From positions 15,810,001 to 15,874,000 of the forward strand of contig NW_026889779.1 in NCBI RefSeq assembly GCF_033153115.1: 64,000 nucleotides of DNA, given 5' to 3'. Positions 11,201 through 21,997 of this stretch are shown here, one piece after another; the first letter of the stretch is position 1, and the number at the start of each line of letters is the position of its first letter. The position numbers and the translations under genes were made by a program. The notes beneath the pieces are model-generated. The model saw only the letters and a program-made list of their open reading frames with translations, ran no database searches and was not told the DNA's origin. The DNA is from Saccostrea echinata (Eukaryota).

Positions 11201-14200
11201 AAGAATTTACATAGGGAATCTACTTATTTAATAGGAAACTTAGAATTAACTAGTACCTCCAAAACAAAATGTTTTTTAAGCTACATTTCTTTCAAAACAG
11301 ACAACAACAATCTGCCATTTTCTGATAGGAACCTGACAAGTGGGAATGAAAATACCGCACCTGAGGAGCAGGTAAATTCATAACAAATATACATCACTCT
11401 ATATCATGTATATTGCCTGTATCTTTTTTATGTAAACTAATGATTTATGAAAATGCATCTAATTCATGTCAAATGAAGCATAAAAGAATTCTAATAATAT
11501 CGCTTTTGTTGCTATAATTGATGCAATTGCCTGTAAATATTACAAGTACTTTTTATAGTTGATTTATTATACCTAACTTATACTAAATAGAAGAGAATTT
11601 TTTCAAGAAAATTACCAAGAGGAATAGAATTTTTGTTATTGATTTTTCTGTTTTAAATTATTCAGAGCATGGAAACATCTACATCAGAACAGACAGTGAA
11701 AAAGCAACACAATGATTTACTACAGGAAATATCAAAACAATTCCTTGATGAAGACATTGAAAATGGTCAGAATCTACGGAAATTCAGAAAAAATGTTATG
11801 CATATGTTTCCAGATCTCCTTGTGGAAAATCTCTCTGTTCCTGAAATTTTCAGTGTCCTTGATGACAAAGGTCACCTTAAGGCAGGGTCATACGATACTC
11901 TAGTGTCTCTAGTCAAGGACATAGATCCAAGAATGGTTAATATAATCAGAGCGACAGAGAAAATTCTGTCTGAAGAGGAAGATCAAGTAAGGCAAAGGGG
12001 TAATGAAGATAAGAACAAGTCTGCAGAAGAAGTAAGGAATTCTGGAGAGCCTGGAATGTTATCATCAAGAACACATGTTTCCTTAGCATCAGCTTCAGCA
12101 CAAAAAGTTCCAAAGGTAATGGACCAGCTTCCAGAAGAAAGAAGTGACGGGTCTGCAGGCACATCCTCAGCACAGTCAGGTAAGGCTTATCTCTAGTATA
12201 TAAATGTAATGTTATAATGATTTTTTAGCTCACCTGAACCAAAGGTTGAAGTGATTGAGCTTTTCTGAGTTCAGCATCTGTCTGCTATGCATCTGTTAAC
12301 TTGTCATATTTTTGATCTCCAAGTAGATCAGTTTCAAACAAAACCTGCTGCAAAGTATTCTTGGATAAAAAGCTAGGGCTCAAGTTTTCAACTGAAGGGC
12401 TACAATGATGTAGGTGTCAAGTTTCTTTCAAATGGACCCAGGGGTAGAATGAGCTAAAAAGAAACAAATTTTACCTATAATATATATGTGTACAAGAAAA
12501 AAAAATCTTTGAAAAATTTTCTTCTCCAGAACAGCAAGACCATGTATGTCATATAGATATTGAAGTAATCCCCTAAAATCATTAAAAGACCTTTATAGCA
12601 GGTGATAAGCCCAGTTCTGTAAAATATAAACTTGATCTGTAACCATGTGGATTCAAGTTTGTTTAAGTCCTGATCCTTTGTTGCTAACTAGGGTATGACC
12701 ACAATATGGAGTCAAAATTTTTCATAGGAATAAAGAGTTAAAATATATTTTTAAAAAACTGAAGAACAGCAGGGCCAATGTGACTCAGGTTAGTATGGTG
12801 GTCCATGGACCTCTTGTTTTACATTGGTAAGCAGGCCAATAGCAAATATAACTTATCTCTTTTATTAAACAATAAGTATACCATCATGGACTTAAACTAT
12901 GCAAAAAAGATGTATTGTAGGTAACAGTTACAATGTAGGAAACATCACAGCCCATGATGGAATGGTGGCATTTGGAAATTCTGGCAGTGTTAAATGCAAG
13001 ATAGGCAAGTGTGTGTGTCTTTAGTGGGTGGGGTGATATTGATATAATATTAGTCTGTACGTACATTTATTTCATTATATCTATACGTAATCATGTATTT
13101 TACTATTTATTTAGGTAAACGAGACAGACCCACAACAGAAGATGAAGGTCAAAAAACACAAAAACGTGGAAAAATTGACTTCCAAGGTACTGAACATTCT
13201 TCAAATTAATTCAGTTAATCAAGCATGATGTAATCATTATGTAATTGAATGTACATATACCAGTACTGTTAATCACTTTTTATTCGTGAGAACTTTATTT
13301 TTGCATAATTACACGAAACTGTCTCTTCACGAAAATTTCCTTCCCGCGTAAATTTTTATTAGCAAAGATTAAATAGGACAGTAGTCAGAATTTGTGAAAA
13401 TTTTGTCTCACTTATAAATGCCAAATACCCATCTCATGAAAATAAGGTGTCGCAAATATTTGGTGATCTACAGTATATATTTTCTTTGTGTTAAGCATCC
13501 TCAGCAGGATTCAGAAAGGAAAAGGATGACAGTCTGAGGGGGAAAGAACTGAAGAATTTTTACTCCCATGGATGGGACAAAAGTGTGGGTCATTTATTGT
13601 GTGGAAACAAGACGGGGACTGCATTCAGGGTCGGAGACCGTTACCTGATGACAGCATATCACATCATCAAGGATGCACTGGGTGTGTAGGGTTTGACTTT
13701 AAAATGATCAGTAGTACACATATAATAATATAGACCAAGTCTTATACTAAACACCCTCACAATGTCAAGGATTTGTGATATTCATTCCAAACTCTTGAAA
13801 AAAGTCGCTATTTAAAAGTAGGGCTGGAAAGCTACTATTTCATTTGTTCCCATCAAAGACTGGGAACCAATCAGAAAACAACCTTTTTAGAAGGATATTT
13901 TTGTAAACAAATGACTTTAAAATGGAAAGTGCCAATATTGTATGATTTGTGACTAGTTACCTCAAATGAAATATCGGAGAATAATTTTTGGAAGATCCTT
14001 TCTCTTACTATCACAAAACAGTGAGTGCCATGGCTTTGAGTCACTTGATAGCAATGAACTTGAAGGAAATCTCAATACATGTACTAGTATTCTCATTGGT
14101 TGGTTTTTTTTAATTAAACCTGACTTTTAAATAGCAAATTTTGTTAAGGATTTGTGAAAAGGAACCATATTGCAAAACCTTGACATTGTGAAGATGTATA

Positions 14201-15254
14201 CTTAATGGAAATTTTAATTATATCAAGATTGGTACCTTGAAACCATCATATCAAAGGCCCAAAGTGACCCAGATCGTGTGAACTGCTGTACACCGTTACT
14301 TGAAAATTTGAGAAAATTAGGAACAGTTATTGAGATGAGCAACTGTGGAACAGATATTGAGATGAAGATAGAAAATGGGATTAGAAAATGGGCTGAAAAG
14401 AATGTTGACATTGTTAACTTCAGCAGTTTATTAGAGGTGCTAGGAGTTTCAGGATTCTCCCTGGCAAAGGGTAACAAATTGCAACATTTGCTTAACTCAT
14501 TTTTGTTTTCTTTTTTCTATCAAAATTTAATAAGCATATCAAGATACTAATGACCAAATTCTAATAAATATTGTATACTGTTTTCTTTGTAGTCCAAGCT
14601 TCAAAAGAAATCACACAGAACCGTATGTCTGTGGTTTTTGGTCGATTGATAGAACAAGAGGATATCCTACCATATCCCCTTAAACTTGACATACCTTTCT
14701 ACAGTAGCAGTGATGATATTGCTATTCTGGAAGTTGACTGGACAAACTTACCTAAACCATTTAATTTGCAGAGATCAAACATCCCACCCAAATCGGTTCA
14801 CATCATTGGCTATCCAGCTTCTCACAAGAGTGAACAAATTCTTGACCCCCACTGTCCTCTGATATCATTGGCTGAAGCCCAGTCGACTTGTCAAAGAGCA
14901 GTTGATTGGTGGAAGAAAGAGTATCCAACAGAAAATGTTGATGATTTTAGGAATGCTTATAGTTCAGCATTTACAGGACAAGGTAAAATTCAGTTCCACT
15001 GTTCAGAATCTACTGCCCATGGTGCATCTGGTAGTCCTGGTTTAATACAAATGCATGAAGAGAAACCAGTGGTGAGTTTGATGCTGCAACAAGGCTTCCC
15101 ATCCTTTGTGTATGAGCAAAAACACCAAGAACTCCTTAAGACAGTTCCAAAGCAGTTTCTAATTGAAAGTGGCATCAGCATGTCAAGGGTTTATGAGATT
15201 CTCTCCAACAAGCCACATTTGCTGGCGTTACGTAATGAAATTTTTCACACTTGA
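8202..15254 (+). CDS. Spliced gene, 765 aa: TRADD-N-like / DED-like / NLS / FAM111-like trypsin-type serine protease with an internal Death-domain-like insertion
   Basis: Exons 8202-8238, 9510-10022, 11301-11371, 11666-12179, 13115-13186, 13496-13681, 14228-14470, 14593-15254. All introns are GT-AG with phases 1,1,0,1,1,1,1; total 2298 nt = 766 codons with no internal stop. Protease motifs SVGHLLCGNKTGTAFRVGDRYLMTAYHII, DDIAILEV, VHIIGYP and HGASGSPG resemble the FAM111A/B protease motifs. No signal peptide. Confidence 0.85.
8473..8573. mobile_element. 101-bp hAT-like MITE: perfect 46-bp arms, 9-nt loop, 8-bp TSD acaggatc
   Basis: Arms 8473-8518 and 8528-8573 are exact reverse complements; acaggatc at 8465-8472 and 8574-8581. 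Confidence 0.92.
8619..8734. mobile_element. Imperfect palindromic MITE-like hairpin
   Basis: taagtaaaaccctagccatgagctttgctcatgaa... versus ...ttcgtgagcaattgcaaagcttatgtctaggattttatactctta. Confidence 0.55.
8735..9040 (-). mobile_element. Helentron-associated (HINE-like) fragment
   Basis: Terminal hairpin ccctcgctttcgcgaaagcgaggg, (ctgt)n microsatellite, tgacct-rich body. Confidence 0.55.
9510..10022 (+). CDS. Protease gene exon 2: Cys-rich segment plus TRADD-N-like domain
   Basis: Lies in ORF 9491..10213; acceptor tttacag, donor gtatgt. QIFRGSIVFQLEFQNEEGYQRYMNDFHNGTLKQEIIDFF...LEFNVSVED fits the GS-strand/helix/G-L-helix/strand pattern of TRADD-N-like domains (by eye). Confidence 0.75.
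11301..11371 (+). CDS. Protease gene exon 3 (linker DNNNLPFSDRNLTSGNENTAPEEQ)
   Basis: Acceptor aaacag, donor gtaaat; bridges phase 1 to phase 0 as exons 2 and 4 require. Confidence 0.7.
11666..12179 (+). CDS. Protease gene exon 4: death-effector-domain-like helical bundle plus low-complexity linker
   Basis: ORF 11669..12196; HNDLLQEISKQF...LSVPEIFSVLDDKGHLKAGSYDTLVSLVKDIDPRMVNII follows the DED hydrophobic pattern; acceptor ttcag, donor gtaagg. Confidence 0.8.
12221..12817 (-). mobile_element. Degenerate HINE-like element in protease intron 4
   Basis: Ends ttttagctcacctgaacc... and ...ccatggacctcttgt are reverse complements of the termini of the 52447-54424 element. Confidence 0.7.
13115..13186 (+). 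CDS. Protease gene exon 5: bipartite NLS-like peptide GKRDRPTTEDEGQKTQKRGKIDFQ
   Basis: Acceptor tatttag, donor gtactg, 72 nt, phase 1-1; KR-x10-KTQKRGK. Confidence 0.7.
13264..13475. mobile_element. Tc1/mariner-type MITE (TA-CTGT...ACAG-TA)
   Basis: tactgttaatcac... / ...gtgatctacagta. Confidence 0.65.
13496..13681 (+). CDS. Protease gene exon 6: first part of the protease with the catalytic His (codon 13660-13662)
   Basis: Translates ...WDKSVGHLLCGNKTGTAFRVGDRYLMTAYHIIKDAL; absent from the ORF track but open and bounded by ag/gt. Confidence 0.85.
13752..14196. mobile_element. MITE with ~30-bp TIRs filling most of protease intron 6
   Basis: caccctcacaatgtcaaggatttgtgatat / atattgcaaaaccttgacattgtgaagatg. 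Confidence 0.7.
14228..14470 (+). CDS. Protease gene exon 7: 81-codon Death-domain-like insertion between the catalytic His and Asp
   Basis: 243 nt, phase 1-1, open; DWYLETIISKA...DIEMKIENGIRKWAEKNVDIVNFSSLLEVLGVSGFSLAK. Confidence 0.7.
14593..15254 (+). CDS. Protease gene exon 8: catalytic Asp (14715-14717), catalytic Ser (15027-15029) and stop
   Basis: ORF 14571..15254; acceptor ttttctttgtag; DDIAIL, IIGYP, GASGSP. Confidence 0.9.
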
Positions 15255-15695
15255 CCGTACGTGTAAAGTATTCACCTGATGAGTGAATAATGTAACATTC
15301 AGACAAACATAATGCAATTGAAAAACACAGATTCAACATCCAGAAATATCAAGTAGTGATTCCTATGAATTTATTTTTCAGTAACAACATTGTGATTAAA
15401 TATAAATTATTTATACATATAGTATATGTACTCATTTGTAAAATTAATATTTATTTGTTCATTTTAAAGAACATTTTTTATTTGAATTAGCATGTTGTTT
15501 TGTGTAAGCACTTTGAAGACTAGTACTAATTGTAACAGGAACTGTTACAGATGTTCCCCAAATGATTCTGTATTCCCTTTTATAGTGCCCAATTCCCTTC
15601 AAGCTTTAATGAATAAGGCAATACTAATTTCACTATTTACCAATAAGTGTGTTTGTGTGTTTTCAAGAATTATCATATAATGTAATCTTATAGTA

Positions 15696-15928
15696 TACTG
15701 TGGAATTATCATTGTTTGTGGGGGTCAGTGTTCGTTATTAACCAAAATTTACTGGTTTGTGGGAACATAATTTCGTGAGTAAATTTAATGTTTTATCAAG
15801 ATAGATAACTACTCTGCTCAATGCTTGTGTGTTTCTGTGTTTGTTAGAATGTAAATTCGTGGGTATAAGGATTTCCCACAAAAATCCACGAACGTTGATG
15901 ACCCCCCATGAACGATGATTCCACAGTA
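15696..15928. mobile_element. Tc1/mariner-type MITE
   Basis: tactgtggaattatcattgtttgtgggggtc / gaccccccatgaacgatgattccacagta. Confidence 0.75.
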
Positions 15929-16864
15929 GCCCATAATCAAGGGTTATACATTTAAATTTCAAAGAATTGAATTGAAAACGAGAAACATTTTGATCAGCAG
16001 TCAAAATATTTATCAATCAGAATTCGGTACATATGCATTTATTTCTGATGATACTATAATGCAGGGATGTGTATAATTTGCCCACACTCTGAATCTTGTC
16101 ATTTTTTAGTTGAAAACTTGAAAAAATATATTTATAGCCATTTTTCAACATTAGCCAGTAAGATTTCAGCACTTGTGCAGACTGCACTATATGTGTTTTC
16201 TAGATCTTTCAAATGACACTGTAGTGTTTCTTATTACATAACTATGGGTTAAATTTCAAACTAATTCATCGATAAAAAAGAGAGATGCAGTCATTAAAGC
16301 GTTAGCCATTCAGAATTCAGCACATGCATATCCTTGCATACAGTTTTGATAGTATAATATAGGAAAATATTATACTTATCTATATTCGAAATTTCATACT
16401 CTTTTGTTGAAAACTAAGGAAGTTTTGGTCATTTAAAGTTCCGGAAATAAAATTGCAGCCCACATAAGTGTGTGGTGTGCGTGTTTTAAAGAAATTTTGC
16501 ATATGTCATATTGTAGAACCTCGTAATAATATGTATCTATATTTTAAATTACATAGTATTTTGTCAAAAACAAGAAAGTTATTGAGATTTTTGTCCCAGC
16601 CAATTGGAATTAAACACACATGCATGCATGTGCATCCATGCCAATGCAACCATTTCATGCAGTTGTGAGCAAAATGACATTCATTCCGCACATCTACACA
16701 ACATGCTTATTAACCCTAAGAGGGTTTCATCTCAACAAATCATATGATTTTTTTTTTTAGAAATAAAACCTATTTATAGTACAGATTTTTTATGGTTTGG
16801 AGACCATATATTTTTTTAATACCTGACGAATTTAAATAAAACTGATGATTAAATAAACCCGTCT

Positions 16865-17000
16865 TTCAATGAAATGTGAAGATAAAGAACAGTAATCAAG
16901 CTCAAAAGTTGATTGAAATAATGCTAATTTGGAGCAGAGCAAACACAGACTTCTAAAAACATCAGAGGTGGGATCAGGTGCCAAGGATGTGCTCCTTGTC
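16865..17000 (-). mobile_element. 3' tip of the Penelope-like repeat family also at 27835-28740 and 60785-61155
   Basis: Shared cagaggtgggatcaggtgccaagga core and aatgaaatgtgaagataa end. Confidence 0.6.
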
Positions 17001-17106
17001 ATGAATAGGATAATGGAAAATCCAAGCAAAAATCAGTTTGTTACAGTCAGTTCCTCTTTTAATGGAAAGACTACATCAAATTAATTTTACTGTACATAGT
17101 TTAAGA

Positions 17107-17303
17107 TACTGTAAAATCACATTTTTTCATGGGGTTAAATTTTTCTGGATTTGTGGGGAGTTTACTTCTTGGATGAAGAATTATTGAGTAGTTATGTATA
17201 CTTGTGACATTTTGCATTTCATTCTGGTCATTAATTTGTGGGTCTCTTCAAACCTCGAAAATAAGGAAAATTAAACCCCCATGAAATTAATGATCTCACA
17301 GTA
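17107..17303. mobile_element. Tc1/mariner-type MITE
   Basis: tactgtaaaatcacattttttcatggggttaaattt / aaattaaacccccatgaaattaatgatctcacagta. Confidence 0.7.
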
Positions 17304-17599
17304 GTTTACAGAAAAAAGACATAAAAGTTTAGAAGTTCAGCTTAACCTTCTTTAGCATTGATACATCCCCAAGACGCTTACCGGTATACACCTAGTATGA
17401 CTTGAGTTGACCATGGATCCCAAGCAACCAAAATGCATCAACTTTCAAAGATTGATGACCCCCATGATCACAGAGTTTAAGCTGAAAACCTCAAATTTCA
17501 GAAGTACATGTATATAGGTTACTGTGATGCATTTTTAGTTCATCTTGACAAAGTCAACATGAGCTTATGCTCCACCTCTGGCATTTTTGCATCCCAGTT

Positions 17600-18930
17600 A
17601 AAAGTTTTGGGAGCAGGTCTCATACCCAAGTAACTATAAGCCCTACCTGGGCAAAATTTGTATGTGTTATGCATCATGGGACGTACACTACCTGAATTGC
17701 TTCAGATGCAGGATCTGACCTACATTTCCTGGATGATGGACCAGGCTAAAGTTTTTGGAGCAGGTTAAAGGTTCTGGAGCCAGTGAAAGTTTAAGGAGCA
17801 GGTTTCATTCCAAAGTAATTATAAGACTTATGGTGACTTGATTTGCATGGATCATGCATACATGTATAGGGATGCACATTACCAGATAACTGGCTTCAGA
17901 TGCTGGATCTGACCTACATTTTCCAGATGAGTGAACAGGTTTAAGGTTTGGAGCATGTTCATCCTCCAGTAACTAAAAGTCCAATGACCAAACTTTCATT
18001 GATGATGCATTTAGGGATGCATGCATACTAACCAGGCTGGCTGCAAATGCTGAATTTGACCTACATTTTCCATATGAATGAACAGGTTACAAGTTTTGGA
18101 CCAAGTTCATTCCCAAATAACTTGTAAGCCTTACCTGGACCAAAGTTGCATGGATGATGCATTTATGGATGCACTCTACCATACTTGCTTTGGATGTTGT
18201 ATAAATTGACCTACATTCTTCAGATGAGTAAACAGGTTGAAACCCTACCTAGACCAAACTTACATGGATGATGCATCTTAGGAATACACACTGCATGACT
18301 TGCTCTGATAATGATCTGACCTAGACTACATTTTCTGGATGAGTGAACAAGTCAAAGTTTTTACAGCAGGTTCATTCCAAAGTAACTGTTAGCCCTACAT
18401 ACATGAAATTTGCACGGATGATGCATCTAGGGATGCACACTACCAAACTTTCTTCAGATGCTGAATCTGACTTCGATTTCGGGACGAGTGAACAGACTGA
18501 AGTCTTTGGAGCAGTTTCATTTGCAAGAACAGTAAAACATGCTTGTAATGAAGTGCCAGGGATGGACAATTTTGCTTTGTTACATTAGCGTAATTCGTTA
18601 TATTGCTTCAGTTTACAATATACTGTTAAATGAATGGGAATGAAACTCACTTCACTGTAAGCATCAATTCTTTTTAAGCATGTTTAATGTAGCTGTAGGC
18701 CTTATTTAGGCTTAACTTGTTCATAAAAGATGCACCTAGAATGCACACAACATACCGGGTATGTTGGATCTGACCTACATTTATTAAAGTGGGTTCATTC
18801 CCAAGTAAATTAACTTTAATCCCTGTAGTGATGAAACTTGCATGGATGATGCATCTAGGGATTCACACTATAGACTTGCTTCAGGTGCTGGATCTGACCT
18901 ACATTTTCCAGGTAAATGAACAGGTTAATC
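17600..18930. repeat. Degenerate tandem array, unit about 145-150 bp, about 8 copies
   Basis: Recurring ggatgatgcat...ggatgcacactacc...cttcagatgctggatctgacctacatttt...gaacaggtt, with ctacatt anchors at about 17721, 17914, 18061, 18211, 18325, 18776 and 18899. Confidence 0.8.
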
Positions 18931-21143
18931 TTTTAGTCCATTTCAATTATCTATAACCAACATGGTGACTGAATTTGCATTGAGGATGTACATTACTATA
19001 GTAAGGCACAATACCAGACGTGCTTTTAAGATAACAAATCCAGGACAATACACATCAAATTCATTCTGAAGACCATAGACTTTCTATCTTACAATGTTCA
19101 ACATATGTAGGTTTAAAGATTTTGAGCCTTTGGCTCAAATGAGCTTATGACTAAAATCAGTTCAAAGAACAACTGCAGAATTCTTAAGTCGGCAATAATT
19201 CAGCAAGTGGTACCTGAATTGATTTGGCCAGGATTGAGAATCTATGTGCCAAACATCCATTTTCTCTCTGTCTCCATCTCCTTTTCATAAGAAACTGCAG
19301 ACTATATATTATTAAAAGCTTTTATTATGTATATTTGTCATGAAGTGATTAGCAGGAGATACATGTCACTGGCACAGAATTTAGGCTTTCAACAGAAAAA
19401 AAATTACAAATATAGTACATGTATCAATCTGTTTACATACTTCATACCGGTAATATAAATTCAAATCCAAACTACTAGTATTTTTACCTTGTTCAATTTG
19501 CAATATATGATTATATAAAGCAACTTTATAGTATTTAGGTACTTGTTCCATATTTGAGAAATTTTGAAATTACTTTTTTAACAAGTTATGCACATTTTCA
19601 TTGGTCATTAAAATTTTTGAAGAAATTTCTTTTCACCATTTTGACATAGGATATATGAAGATAAAGCTTACATATGTTTGCATTTTACATTTAAACAAAA
19701 ATGAAACAATTTTGTATGACATACAGTACACCAACTTTAATGCTTGTAATATATAGGGTACATTGTAAAATTTCAGAATGCAATACTGTTCATAAACAAA
19801 GCATCTAAAAACTAAATGCATATGTCTGAAAATCAAACAAACATTTACAACAACTAAATGCCCAACAAATATTTAATCAATAAAAAAGCTCTCAAATATT
19901 TGTCAATAATCATTTTTGTTCATTAATTTTTGAATCATTAAAAAAAAAGAAGATGTTTCAGAACAAATCTAAATACAATTAATTCTATTCTTTGTTCAGT
20001 ATAATTTTCATCTTCCTTATAATCTACTTTCTCCAGCAGCCAAGATTATCCATTATATTATATAACAAAAAAAAACAAACAAATTTTCCACACAACTCAA
20101 ACATTCTGCATTTGACCAGGGCACACAATATTGTGTCTACATATTTGACAATACAATGAATGATATATGGGATACTACTGAATACTTGTAGAGTAAAACA
20201 ATCAATGCAAAATGTGATTTTCATACAAAATACAACCTTTTTGAGCATTTAAGCACTGATTTTCTTTTTATTGAAGTAACTTAGCTTTATTAATACATAT
20301 TCCATGTATTTTGTTCAGGAATTTGGGTATTCAAATAACAAAGCATGTACAATATTTTCAAGCATGATATTAAAAACACTGTAAGTTACGTGCAGGAGTA
20401 AATAGCTCGAGGCCAACAAAACTTATCTATTTACAATACTTATGAAACATCTGGATATCTTTATACGGCAAAAGTAAACCTAACCGAATTGTACAATTTT
20501 GACTTAATAAGTATATGCTAGTAACAGTTACCATAAATGCTTTGAAGGTTGAAATTTTTTTCAGCAATCATCAATCATCATACACATTAGATGAGGACAC
20601 AGAACTGGTACATGTACAAGTAATCTGGCATAAATAATCTACAATATTTTATTGGTTTAGAGTCATCGGAGGACATTCATTTGGTGTTGGTAAATTATGG
20701 GAATCAACTACTTCTATATGCACACAACAGTGTAAAACGTTTCTATAGAACAATTTGGATCTACGGCCACTGATTTCTTAAGAAGAAAAAAAAAACATCT
20801 AGAAATTCTAACTTTTCTATTTAGATAAAAAATGTCTACATCATTATTGTTTAATCTGATACAATAATTAATATATATTCTGTAATGTTGTCATTCTTTG
20901 GTGGGTGATTAAAATTTCTTCCAAAGTAATATCACAGCTATCTAGTTGGATTAATATCCACATTAAAAATAAAAGAATCAAAATTTCTCAGTTAAATTCA
21001 CACATAAAAATACTGACCGAAGAAATGAAAGTGGCTAAATTCTTTACAAATATATGCTAAAATGGTTTTTAAAAAAATTGTAGAAGGTTATAAGAATGAA
21101 AAATATATATTGTACAATTATAGCAACAAAAACATGGCACTTA

Positions 21144-21997
21144 TTACTTGTAAGGTTTTTTCAGAGTCTTTGGTAAAACCTCAATACACAACACAACAAG
21201 TTGCTTCCTACAGCTGAACTCATTCATGTCCACTAACTTTCCATCTCGCAGAGAGCCTGCGTAACCTACTCTGCTGGAGCTGTCTGATCGCCAGTCTGAA
21301 CATTCCTTGTCGTTCATCTTGTTTCCATTGCTGTCAGCACCATGCCATACCATCTTCTCTGGCCTAGTAATGAATGGATTATATACCTCTTTTTTTGACA
21401 ACAACATCAAAACAAACAATATCACTGAAAACCTAATAAACTCTTTTAAAAAATCCCCTTTTCTATGATAAATGTATAAATGTGCAAAAACAATTAATAG
21501 AAAATATTAGAAATAGACTTTCCAAATTGTCAACTGTCATACCATTTTGGACTTGACATTACATCCTCTCCATCAAATGTGTAGATCTTGACATTTCTGT
21601 TAAATCTTCCTCCAGTTTTTAACAGCTCATTGAAAGAACTGAAGATTATTGTATCCTACAAATAAATCTCATACTTTTTACCTTACTCTACAACAGAATA
21701 CTTATGTACATGTACATTTCTCTTGATAAAAATTTGAATTTCTTGTGTTTCTCAGAAATTCTCTAGGTTCTTTTGATAATTTGAAATTACATGTTTAGAA
21801 CTTACGTTTTTGTTGACAATCGGAATATTTTTGTCAGACACAATTGAATACAGATTCTGAGTCTTGGAAGCCAGGAAGGCCCTGAAAGTTCTTCCATGCA
21901 TTCCAGAGTAGTAAGCTTCCTTGTAACAAGCATAGTCAGCTCCAGTCAAGCCTCGGAGTTTTCCAGATTTTGGAGAATTCAGGGCATACATGTACAA
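21144..21997 (-). CDS. Multiplexin endostatin domain (3 exons)
   Basis: [18 protein letters not shown]...TFRAFLAS...; [23 protein letters not shown]...C..W...C....VVLCIE. Confidence 0.95.

Noticed and set aside
18343-18588. Overlapping ORFs 18343..18588 and 18372..18569
   Set aside because: They lie inside the ~147-bp tandem array, and neighbouring units are not open.
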